Source: an uncultured delta proteobacterium (lineage in GTDB: Bacteria > Desulfobacterota > RBG-13-43-22). Taken from it: a stretch of DNA of 64,000 nucleotides. Of the stretch, positions 20,833 through 29,825 are shown in pieces. The notes below the pieces were generated by a model. That model was not told the origin of the DNA, did no database searches, and worked only from the letters and a program-made list of their open reading frames with translations. A program made the translations under genes and the position numbers. Each line of letters starts with the position of its first letter. Position 1 is the stretch's first letter. The stretch lies in NCBI GenBank assembly GCA_963790475.1, contig CAWBOS010000013.1:96001-160000 (forward strand), read 5' to 3'.

Positions 20833-20926
20833 GCCGAACCAATTGCTGCAACAGACGGCGGCTGCTTCAGCGGCTTTCTCAAGTTTCGGCTCAGAAAGCC
20901 ACCGCTGCTGAGCTTTGGCGTTGATA
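20833..20926 (+). mobile_element. Integron attC-like recombination site
   Basis: GCCGAAC-CAATTGCTGCAACAGACGGCGG...CCACCGCTGCTGAGCTTTGGC-GTTGATA; the complementary core GTTCGGC lies at 20516-20522, upstream of the cassette gene. Confidence 0.75.
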
Positions 20927-21051
20927 ACTTACAAAGGTAATCGTTAATTCAAGCACATACCCATCAAGCATATCTGTAGTTCTGATAGAATTACGGCATA
21001 GATATATTTTCTTCCCATTGCCCATTTTCATCTTTCCGCGGAGCCAAAGAT

Positions 21052-21084
21052 AAAAAAAGGCCCATCTCTCTATGGGCCTTTTTT
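21052..21084. terminator. Bidirectional rho-independent terminator
   Basis: aaaaaaaggcccat-ctctct-atgggcctttttt downstream of the GNAT gene. Confidence 0.75.
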
Positions 21085-21177
21085 GTGGACAGCGGTCTTC
21101 TATATTTTCACCTCGTCCTTTTCAGGATTAGGCGTTGCTTGGTTTAGTCGGAGAGTGCTCTTTTAATCATACGCAAT

Positions 21178-21744
21178 TTATTTACCGTTCTTAAAATTCA
21201 GATCCTCGGGAATCAGGGAAAACATAATCGCATCGTAAACGTGATCCCTTACGATCAGCCGTTTTCGTAATCGGCCTTCGCGGGAAGCACCTATTTTCGT
21301 GGCCACACCCTGGCTGGGGATATTCCCGGTCGCCACAATAATCTCGATCCTGTTCAGTTTCAACTCCTCAAAACCAAATCGGGCCACCAGGGGAATCCCG
21401 GCGGTCGCCACGCCTTGTCTGGCATTACTGGTCCTGATCCAATACCCGAGATTGGCGAAACGATTTTCTCGGTCGAGGTTATTCAGGCCACAAATACCAA
21501 GCGGGCGGCCATTGGAGCGATCCGCGATCAGGAAATCATACTCCATTCCCTTCTGCCAGGTATCAGGACGAGACCCTAACCAAGCTCGGCTATCTTCAAT
21601 GGAGTATCCCCGGTGGCACCAGGGCATCCACGGCGACAATTCCCTGATCGATTCACGGACGGCTTCAAAAACCGGTTCCGCATCATTCGGTTGGCAGGGG
21701 CGAACAACTATCGATCCGTCCGGCGTTGTAAAATAGGAGGGCAT
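21178..21744 (-). CDS. GNAT N-acetyltransferase (RimJ/RimL family)
   Basis: LSPWMPW, ANLGYWI, RQGVAT, LNRIEI, EGRLRKR. Confidence 0.9.
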   Translation of the reverse strand: MPSYFTTPDGSIVVRPCQPNDAEPVFEAVRESIRELSPWMPWCHRGYSIEDSRAWLGSRPDTWQKGMEYDFLIADRSNGRPLGICGLNNLDRENRFANLGYWIRTSNARQGVATAGIPLVARFGFEELKLNRIEIIVATGNIPSQGVATKIGASREGRLRKRLIVRDHVYDAIMFSLIPEDLNFKNGK

Positions 21745-21889
21745 TTTTCCTCCGAACCAGAAGTCTGAATAGAGAGCATAATGTGTCGGAAAATAAGATG
21801 ATCAAATCTTGTTGAAATTTCACCATAATTTTTATATGGTTGTCAATAGAAATAGTATCGATTGAGGAAGAGCGTAATTCAAATTATCG

Positions 21890-22198
21890 GTGGGAACAGC
21901 CATGCTATCACTATTCAAAACATCCGGAACCATTCTTCTTCCAATGTTTTTATCAAGCCTCCTGCTGGTCGGATTTGCTCAAGGGGAAGGTGCGAAAGAA
22001 GGCAACATGCCCCTCCGCCAATTCATGGATTTGCGTCATAACCACAACCGCTCTTATCCGGCACACGGTCAGTTCGTTGAGGTATTGCCGCAAGGCCACC
22101 GAGAAGTGTTTTGGGGAAAGGAACGATACCATTTCTTTAAGGGGGTCTGGTATCGCCCGATCGGAAGGCAATTCCTTAAGGAAGGGGATATTCGGTGA
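21890..22198 (+). pseudogene. Exported protein fragment (DUF6515-like), probably 3'-truncated
   Basis: Signal peptide, then HNRSYPAHGQFVEVLP..RYHFFKGVWYRP; ends abruptly. Confidence 0.4.
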
Positions 22199-22485
22199 AA
22201 TAAAGGGAAACCAGCAAAGATCTCTTGCCTCCGGAACAGTAAAACCGCACCCTAATCTGTAAAGCGCCGGACACTTATTAAGAGACCATAGAGTTATGCT
22301 CATGTTCTCATTTAATGGATTTTAATGCTAAATTATATAGGAAAAGACATTTATTCCTTGACTTGTTCAAAAGATGAGATTATATTTATTCCTAATACGA
22401 AGGCATCCTTTTGATATATCTAAATTATTCAATGGGAAAAAAGGGAAGAAGAGAAGAATTAATAATATATAATAAGGAGGATAAA

Positions 22486-23505
22486 ATGAAAGCCAAAACT
22501 GTATGGGTGACACTGCTGCTCTTTTTCACTATCGGAGTTTTTCCGCTTTATGTCGAAGGAGCTCAAAAAATCAAAAGGCTTGGGGTAACGCCGATTTACA
22601 AAACAAAGGTAAGAATACATGCGGATAAAGTGTATTCTGTGGCCAAGAAGGTTGAAAAGGATTTAAAGGTCGGGTTCCAAAAGGCCGGAATACCAGAAGT
22701 CTTTGATCCTTTTATGGATCAGCTCAAGGCCTATGCCCCGGCCGAGGTCCAAATCCAACCCGGTACTACCCTCGAGTGGATGATCTTTAAAAAAGGAAAA
22801 TTGGTCGGTGTTGCCAAAGACGCGGTCTGGGCCGGTAAAAAACCCTTTAGGGCCTTCCGAACCGTTGTCCGGTATCAGGACAAAAACTACGAATTTATTA
22901 TTCCGGAGATTTGTATGAATGTGGCGCTGAAGGGTATAACCGACATCCCAAAACCGCCACCGCCACCGCCTCCTCCGCCTAAGGTGGAAGCGCCGGCGCC
23001 GCCACCTCCTCCACCGCCAATCGCCCAAGAGGAAAAACCAGCCCCTCCTCCCCCGCCTGAACCGGCAAAGGTCGAGGAACCTAAAAAAGGATTCATTGTC
23101 CTTGATCTCGGATTTATGCAGAGACTGGATCCGACTCTCTTTGGTTTTGCGAGAATCGGTTATATGTATAAGTTCACTGAAAAAATGGCTTTAACGGGAT
23201 TGGTAGGTAATGAGTTTTTGGCGAAAGAAAATGATGTTATAAAAGATGATCATCCGGCCTTTTCGGGGGATCTCATTTTCTCCTTCTACCCCGTAAAAAG
23301 ATTCTTCATTGGAGTGGGAGCCGGGGCATGGGTTAATACCAAAGAAACCAAAGTTGATGCCATCGTGGAAACGGGTTTTCACCTCACCGATTTTGACAAG
23401 GCCCCTAATATAGCGGTATTCCTGGAAGGCAGATCAGCCTTCAGTAGGACCAACGAGGATCTGCCCTCGGAAAGAATCGGAGTGGGCATTAGATTGCTTT
23501 TTTAA
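22486..23505 (+). CDS. Exported protein with a Pro-rich linker and C-terminal outer-membrane beta-barrel-like domain
   Basis: RBS aaggagg before ATG 22486; signal peptide; PPPPPPP runs; ends IGVGIRLLF. Confidence 0.75.
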   Translation: MKAKTVWVTLLLFFTIGVFPLYVEGAQKIKRLGVTPIYKTKVRIHADKVYSVAKKVEKDLKVGFQKAGIPEVFDPFMDQLKAYAPAEVQIQPGTTLEWMIFKKGKLVGVAKDAVWAGKKPFRAFRTVVRYQDKNYEFIIPEICMNVALKGITDIPKPPPPPPPPPKVEAPAPPPPPPPIAQEEKPAPPPPPEPAKVEEPKKGFIVLDLGFMQRLDPTLFGFARIGYMYKFTEKMALTGLVGNEFLAKENDVIKDDHPAFSGDLIFSFYPVKRFFIGVGAGAWVNTKETKVDAIVETGFHLTDFDKAPNIAVFLEGRSAFSRTNEDLPSERIGVGIRLLF

Positions 23506-23526
23506 TAAAATTTATTAAATCCTCTC

Positions 23527-23559
23527 CAGCGAGGGGGGAATAAAATGCCCCCCTCGCTG
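23527..23559. terminator. GC-rich hairpin (terminator-like)
   Basis: cagcgagggggg ... ccccctcgctg just after the stop codon. Confidence 0.6.
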
Positions 23560-23799
23560 ACACTTATTTCCCTACTGCGAAAAAAACTACTGTTTCCCCT
23601 TCCTTTTCTACCCAATTCATCGTCATCAAGACTTTAATTTCCACAAAATATAGATCGGCAATCTTTGTTGGCATCATCGTTGCCAGAGTATATAGGGTGC
23701 TTCCAAAGGAACGGCGACATCGGGGAAATTGGGTATTACCCGGGCCGTAAAATCCGTTGCCGGCCGAGTCGCTAGAGGGACTGACGTATGGTATAAATA

Positions 23800-24340
23800 T
23801 CCGGTCGCTCAGAAAGATCAGATGGTTATGAATCTCATCCCAGCGGATAAAATCTGTCCACTGAATCAAGGCCTGCCCGGCAACGTCCGCCGGATGGGCC
23901 TTGCCGGCGATGAGAAGCTGTACCGGGTGCCGGGGATTGGTGAGGATGCGCAGGAGTCTGTCCCTGTCATGCAACAATAAATTGGGTCTCTTATAGGGTG
24001 TAAAACGGCGGGCAAAGCCTAAGGTTAAGGCATTGGGGTCGAACAGATGCTTTGCATCCTCAACCTCTCCGGGTGATGCACCGGCAGCTTCCAATTGCCG
24101 GGATAGCCGTTTCCTCACATACTCTACCAGGGTCTGGCGAGCGGAAGCCCGACACTCCAGAGCTTGGAATCGAAATACCTCTGATGTTCTCCTCCAGGGT
24201 CTCCAAGGTTCCATTCCAACGGTCCTTTCCGCATGAGCCGGTCCACAGGTCATCGAATTTTTCCGAATCCCAACTCGACATATGGACCCCGTTGGTCACC
24301 TGTCCCACCGGCACTTCCCTCGACTTCGATGGGCAGAAAA
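23800..24340 (-). pseudogene. glgP: Alpha-glucan phosphorylase internal fragment
   Basis: PVGQVTNGVHMSSWDS and LTLGFARRFTPYKRPNLLL..IAGKAHPAD lie in different frames; no termini. Confidence 0.85.
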
Positions 24341-24919
24341 CTTGTAAATCGGGTTGCTGACCCGTGATGGCTTGTTCATAATCCCTCCCTTACCGGATCT
24401 TCGGCACTGGTCGCGGCGGCTGATGGGACTGCCTCTCCATCTTTGACCATTACCTGCGCTTCCTCACCACCTTATCCGCCGCCGAAAAAGATCAGGCTTT
24501 CGGTTTCTTTTCATCCCTACACAGATTCGTTTTTGATCTTCTTAACTTTACTCTCATTCCCGGATTGGTTCAATAGAGTGAATCTTGTATTTCATAAGAA
24601 GGAAGCATGTATTTTAAATGAGATTAAGGACAGGGCGAGGGTAAGGCAGTCGGAGTCCATGTAGCCATGGTCCCCTAATCAGGAGATTTTGAAGGGATTG
24701 GCTTTACCATCCCCGACAGCATGGCCCGTTATCGGTCGAAAACCTCCGACGCTCATGGAAAGGAGAAGCGGGATTGGTTGAGATTCAGCATCCGGGTTCT
24801 TAACTCGAGACCGCTTAAATCGGTCCAGGCCGGCAATGAAAAGGGACCCCTATTACCGAAGGGATGAGCGGATAATCCCAAACCCAAAATTATTAGTAAA
24901 CAGGGCCCCTCTTTTCCTA

Positions 24920-25243
24920 TTAGCCGATGACCAGATAGAACCCGGCGATAAGGATACCGCTGATCACAAAGGCCCCGACAATAAAGCTGTTCAATCTATC
25001 CGGATTTATATTTAGGCCCTGACCATTATTCGCTCTGGCGAAGATCAACCCCAGGACGAAAAAGACAATCAGGTCCAGAAGGGTATGGGTGATCCAGTGA
25101 TGGGTCGTGGCCGCCTTCATCCAGGCCATGACCGTATTGGGGTTCGTTTCCTTTAGGATCAACAATAGAACGCTGAACAGGCAAGTGATGGAAAAGGACA
25201 AGCCAAAGGACCGGCCATATTTTCCAATTTCGATATTCTTCAT
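24920..25243 (-). CDS. Small membrane protein (3 TM)
   Basis: Hydrophobic segments, HHWITH motif, RBS gaggtg. Confidence 0.75.
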   Translation of the reverse strand: MKNIEIGKYGRSFGLSFSITCLFSVLLLILKETNPNTVMAWMKAATTHHWITHTLLDLIVFFVLGLIFARANNGQGLNINPDRLNSFIVGAFVISGILIAGFYLVIG

Positions 25244-25260
25244 CTTTCACCTCTTCTCTT

Positions 25261-25716
25261 TTACTTAGCGAGTAAACCAACCCGAACACCCATACTGATG
25301 ATGGCTCCTGCGCCTTCCATGGCTACCGTGGTCAGGACCAGCAGGCCCGTGGCCCAGAGCGCAATCTTTCGGGCCCCTTTATTGACCGCCAGGTTGTTAT
25401 AAGCCACTATCGGTAAATAGGTGGCCAGCAACAAGAGCATCATCACTATGTGCTCTTTCGATTCCATGAAAAAATCGTGGGCAAAGGGCCACGGTCCTTT
25501 CAGGATCAAGGTCTTATCCGCAGAATAGTGGACCACATAAAAATATCCGGCCAATATATAAGTCAACCACATCAAGCCGGCAATGATCACGCTCAAGGTT
25601 TTTATCCTGCCCTGGTTCTCTTCTTTGGCATTCAAGACATCCACGAAAAACCAGACACCCGCCAGACCCAACAGGGAGCCTAAAATGGCGTGAGTCATTA
25701 AAGTAAAATAATTCAT
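25261..25716 (-). CDS. Membrane protein (4 TM, His-containing)
   Basis: THAILG, WPFAHDFFMESKEH; RBS aaaggagg. Confidence 0.75.
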   Translation of the reverse strand: MNYFTLMTHAILGSLLGLAGVWFFVDVLNAKEENQGRIKTLSVIIAGLMWLTYILAGYFYVVHYSADKTLILKGPWPFAHDFFMESKEHIVMMLLLLATYLPIVAYNNLAVNKGARKIALWATGLLVLTTVAMEGAGAIISMGVRVGLLAK

Positions 25717-25866
25717 TTGGCCTCCTTTCGACCCCGATCGCGACGGTGGCTTGGGATTCCTTCTTTCCCGCCGATCGCAATCTTACTGAAATTAATTGGT
25801 TACCTTTCTTTATATCGAGAGAAGCCCTCCGGGAGCTTTCTTTCCCCTGACCGCCAAATCAGCAGT

Positions 25867-26751
25867 TTAATTAATCCCTAATTTGTTCGGTCTTAAATTC
25901 AAACTGACTTTTTCCTCCTTCGGACCAAAGGTAAATTGATACCCCAGATAAGCGGTAAAAAGGTTGGGTCCGTTAAAGTCCCGGCCGGCGGAAAGCAGGA
26001 TATGATGGTCTTCGGTAAGATTGATGATGGCTCCCACTTGAAATCCGTTACTTTCATCCCCGCCTTCACGACTGGCGCTCCGGTGAAACACCTCGGCCCC
26101 CAAAGTAAACTGTTTAGTAATCTCTCGCTGTACCAGCCAGCCGAAAAACCACCAATCTTTATTGCCCTCTCCCGGATTGATCCAATAGCCTCCCCCGCCA
26201 TAGGAGGTCCACGGCCCCCAACTCTTCTGGAACCATAAAGGCAGATAGATCTGGGTCTCCCCGCTGCCCAATCCCTTTTTCTGGTCACCGGTAGGTATGA
26301 GTACTATCGGAAAAGTACCCACCATGGGCATCGATTCCGATTCCTGAATAAAGCGGTACTTGATGCCCAATTCCGTATCCCCATAACCATATTGCGAGTC
26401 TTCCCCCTCCGCTTTGACGTACTGAAAAGGGGCGATTAAATGGAGGTGTATATTGGGAAGAACCCCATAATTGAACTCCAGATGCGGTAAGGTGGCTGAT
26501 TTCCCATCATCACTGTGTATATATTGGGAGGCCAAGTAAAACTCCCCATGTTTATAATCCGCCGGTTCCGGATCGTCCGTAAAAAACGGAGGTCCGGCCC
26601 AGGCGGTCATTAACCCAAACACCAGCGGAAAAATAACCGCCAGGATTGTTACCAATAGGAACGATTTGATCGGGATAGTCTGGCTTATATTTGTTGGCTT
26701 TAGAGCCATCAAAAAATGTTTTAGATCAGGAACTCGTTTATTCTTCTTCAT
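25867..26751 (-). CDS. Outer-membrane beta-barrel transporter-family protein
   Basis: Signal ending AWA-GPPFFTDDP, GYGDTELGIKYRF, alternating beta strands. Confidence 0.75.
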   Translation of the reverse strand: MKKNKRVPDLKHFLMALKPTNISQTIPIKSFLLVTILAVIFPLVFGLMTAWAGPPFFTDDPEPADYKHGEFYLASQYIHSDDGKSATLPHLEFNYGVLPNIHLHLIAPFQYVKAEGEDSQYGYGDTELGIKYRFIQESESMPMVGTFPIVLIPTGDQKKGLGSGETQIYLPLWFQKSWGPWTSYGGGGYWINPGEGNKDWWFFGWLVQREITKQFTLGAEVFHRSASREGGDESNGFQVGAIINLTEDHHILLSAGRDFNGPNLFTAYLGYQFTFGPKEEKVSLNLRPNKLGIN

Positions 26752-26853
26752 TAATGAACCTCCCTTATTTTCATTTTCATTTTTATCGCCACCTTCTCTT
26801 CACAAAACCCTTGTCGTCTCCACAACCAACCCATTGTATTTCTACAGCACCTT

Positions 26854-27153
26854 TTACTCTTCAATCTCCCTGATCAATTCCCGGACTTTCATTTTTGCCT
26901 CGGCCAGGCTTTTCCTTCCTATAGGGGTTATTTTATAATATTTCCTTATTCTCCCATCTACGAGGACAGGACAGGATTTTATTTGCTTGTCCCGTTCCAT
27001 TTTGTGAAGGATTGGATAAAGGGTCCCCGGGCTTAATCTATATCCATGGTGTCCAAGCTCGTCGATTAACCATAACCCATAGACCGGTTCTTTTGTGGCA
27101 TGATGCAATATATGAATTCTGATAAATCCCAAATAAAATTCCTTTATGATCAA
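26854..27153 (-). CDS. PadR-family transcriptional regulator
   Basis: PVYGLWLIDEL..LSPGTLYPILHKME..RKYYKITPIG. Confidence 0.92.
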   Translation of the reverse strand: MIIKEFYLGFIRIHILHHATKEPVYGLWLIDELGHHGYRLSPGTLYPILHKMERDKQIKSCPVLVDGRIRKYYKITPIGRKSLAEAKMKVRELIREIEE

Positions 27154-27188
27154 TTTAGATAATTCTCCTCTACGATAACGTCTACAAG

Positions 27189-27242
27189 TATCGTCTAACG
27201 ATATTGTATATAGATATTAACCACAGCAAAAACTTTTGTCAA
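27189..27242 (-). promoter_or_regulatory. Sigma70 promoter and palindromic operator of padR
   Basis: TTGACA (27242-27237), 17 bp, TAATAT (27219-27214); palindrome TATCGT-CTA-ACGATA at 27189-27203. Confidence 0.6.
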
Positions 27243-27491
27243 GTTATTTTGAAAAGAAATAGAATACTATTTCCTTTCCCGTTCCCGGCCTTAAGGGTTG
27301 GGGAAGGCAAGCAGCGGTATTTTCTAAATCGAAGGATAGCTATCAAAGGCAGGGTTGGGACAATTTTTCGCTTTAAATTGCTAGCCTGTCTAAAGGATGG
27401 GGGGGGGTAGGACATTCTTTCTAACAAATTATTTAGGCAACCTCAGGAAAGACTTGATGGATTGATTGGGTTGGAGGTGGAAAGAAGATTA

Positions 27492-28817
27492 TTACTTGAA
27501 TGCCTTTACAACCTTGGAAAAAGGCCGAACCAGACAGAGCATACCTCCGATTCTACCCAGGAGGAAAGCAGTAGCCGCCGCTACAGCCCCGACGAAATCC
27601 AAATGAACAATGGTCACAAAAAGGGCCGCCAGGACAATGAGCAATTCCACCCCGGTACCCCAGGTTATTGGAGCCGTATGCCGGGCACTGACCAGGACCG
27701 AACGTTGGAAGGTAACCAGCATCCACAGACCGGGCATGACCGTCAATAGTTTAACCGGGGTCAGGGCAAATTGGGTTAATTCAACAGACAGGCCTGAAAC
27801 CCCGTGAAACCAAAAATAAGAAAGGGGAGTGAATCCGATGCCGACCAGGAGTCCTGTAGTAACCACACCCAAGCCCAAAGCAAAATTGCGCAGGGCCTTA
27901 AAATTGCGATTATTATCCCCTACCAGGGCGATGACGACATCGTGAAAGGACATCCCACAACTCATGAAGAGAAATATCAGCCCTGAAATAACCGGAAGCA
28001 CAGCCAGGGATTCAATGGCCATACGGCTCTTGCCAACGAAAAAAGTCACGGCCGGCTGGACCCCTAAGGCCAAAAGGGAAGTCAAAGCCAGCGGCAAATA
28101 GAAGTTAAGAATGGCCCGATAAGTAAGGGAGTCCCCATCAACTCCTTCTCCAATTTCGGTTTCCGACAGCAGCTGATGAATAATACCGCGGGCCATGAAG
28201 CGGCTCAAAATCGCCTCCAGGGTAACGGCGAACAAGAGGATGATGGCTCCTGTCCAGGCACCCTCGAATATAGAAAACCGATACAATAGCAACCCGAGCG
28301 AAGTGATACCGATAAAACGGACGGCAGTTCCTAAAGCCACATAACGGGTTTGATCGTGACGGATCAAAACCCCTTGATAAAACCGGCGATATCCGATGGC
28401 CCAGGGGATAGGGGTTGAGATAAGAACCGTTCCATAGGTAAGACGGGCAATATGATTGGGAAGACCGATCAGTTTTTGGCTGAGGAAATAGAACACAGCC
28501 GGGATGGCCGTGATACCCATCATTAAAGTGATTATTCCTATCAGGACAAAAGTGAATCGCCGCATTTTGATAAAAGCTTCCCGGTCAATGACCAGGGCGG
28601 TCGTGGCGCTGATAATCATCATCAGTGGAGCCTCCAGAATCAGGAGGAAGGAAAAGGCCACTCCAAAAGCGGCCAGATTGAATTTGGGGGCGGCCATCCT
28701 GGCGATAATGGCACTCATCAGAGCGCCTTCCATGGCCATCATCAGCCAGGTCGATTCCAGGGGCAGCCAAAAAAGTAAAATTCGTTTGTAGGTCAGGTTG
28801 GGAGTTTCGGAGTCCAC
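27492..28817 (-). CDS. MATE/ANKH-like multi-pass membrane transporter
   Basis: About 12 TM with internal duplication (FWLPLESTWL / FYLPLALTSL); RRFYQGVLIR. Confidence 0.75.
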   Translation of the reverse strand: MDSETPNLTYKRILLFWLPLESTWLMMAMEGALMSAIIARMAAPKFNLAAFGVAFSFLLILEAPLMMIISATTALVIDREAFIKMRRFTFVLIGIITLMMGITAIPAVFYFLSQKLIGLPNHIARLTYGTVLISTPIPWAIGYRRFYQGVLIRHDQTRYVALGTAVRFIGITSLGLLLYRFSIFEGAWTGAIILLFAVTLEAILSRFMARGIIHQLLSETEIGEGVDGDSLTYRAILNFYLPLALTSLLALGVQPAVTFFVGKSRMAIESLAVLPVISGLIFLFMSCGMSFHDVVIALVGDNNRNFKALRNFALGLGVVTTGLLVGIGFTPLSYFWFHGVSGLSVELTQFALTPVKLLTVMPGLWMLVTFQRSVLVSARHTAPITWGTGVELLIVLAALFVTIVHLDFVGAVAAATAFLLGRIGGMLCLVRPFSKVVKAFK

Positions 28818-29030
28818 AATAATCTCATTCCCGCTAAAAGCGGCCCCAAAGAGACATCGCCCGCATCCCTTTATAAAAATCCGAAGAAATGCGGGCGATG
28901 GATATAGCTAATCTAATTAAACTTAAAATTCGATAAGACAAACTGTTATTTTTTCTGCTATGAATACCATTAAATGAGAAAACAGGCAAGGAAGAAAAAC
29001 GCGATCGACCTCTCTAATTCTTTCTAATTT

Positions 29031-29825
29031 TTAAAGTCTTCCTTTGATAACCACACCCAACCCCAATCCCAAACGCAAATAAAGCAGAACAATCAGTAAC
29101 AGAACAAAAAATCCCAATACCCCATAATCAACAGCTCTCATCTTGGGTTCGTAATAAAAAGTTCGTTTGGCTTGGGGATCGAATCCCTTGGACTCCAGGG
29201 CCATGGCCAGGATGTTGGTGTGATGTATGGCGTAAATAAACAGGGGCACGGCCTGGGGGATGAATTTGCCCAGACGTTTAAAGATACTCCCCGATTCCAG
29301 ATCAAGCCCCCGGGAAACCTGGGCCTGGATGATGGTCGCCCCGGCACCGGCAAAGGTCGGCACCAGCCGCAGGGCCGTGGAAAGGGCGAAGGCCAAAGGA
29401 TAGGGAACCCCCATGAGGATCAAGCCGTTGGTCAATTCCTCATTCCGGGTCGTGGAAAGAAAGATCAGCCCGATCCCGACAAAGGTGGCCAAACGCAGGC
29501 CCATGGCCAAGCCGTAAAGAACCGATTCCCGGCTGATAGCCAGGGGCCCCCAGGTCCACCACTTCGTCGGCCCGGGTACAAAAAAAGGCCATAAGACAGC
29601 GCTGAAGGAGATCAGCAGCAACAGGATATAGCGAAGCCTCCAGAAATTGGGAAAGGCCTTGGCCGACAGGGCTATCCATACTACACCCCCGCTTATGAAG
29701 GCCAGATATAAAGGATGATTAAAACACAGACAGATGCCGAACAGGATTGCAGCAGAAACCAGCTTGGTCCGTGGGTCCAAATGGTGTATCGGGGTATTTT
29801 CATCAAGAAAAAGGAAAATATTCAT
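29031..29825 (-). CDS. ecfT: ECF transporter T component
   Basis: HHLDPRTKL, AQVSRG, ALESKGF; ATG 29825 overlaps the ATPase stop (ATGA). Confidence 0.9.
   Translation of the reverse strand: MNIFLFLDENTPIHHLDPRTKLVSAAILFGICLCFNHPLYLAFISGGVVWIALSAKAFPNFWRLRYILLLLISFSAVLWPFFVPGPTKWWTWGPLAISRESVLYGLAMGLRLATFVGIGLIFLSTTRNEELTNGLILMGVPYPLAFALSTALRLVPTFAGAGATIIQAQVSRGLDLESGSIFKRLGKFIPQAVPLFIYAIHHTNILAMALESKGFDPQAKRTFYYEPKMRAVDYGVLGFFVLLLIVLLYLRLGLGLGVVIKGRL

Noticed and set aside
22950-23060. CCN-rich low-complexity tract
   Set aside because: Simply encodes the polyproline linker.
28855-28900. 12-bp inverted repeat upstream of the MATE/ANKH-like gene as an attenuator
   Set aside because: Long loop, and no U tract or leader peptide is evident; function cannot be supported.
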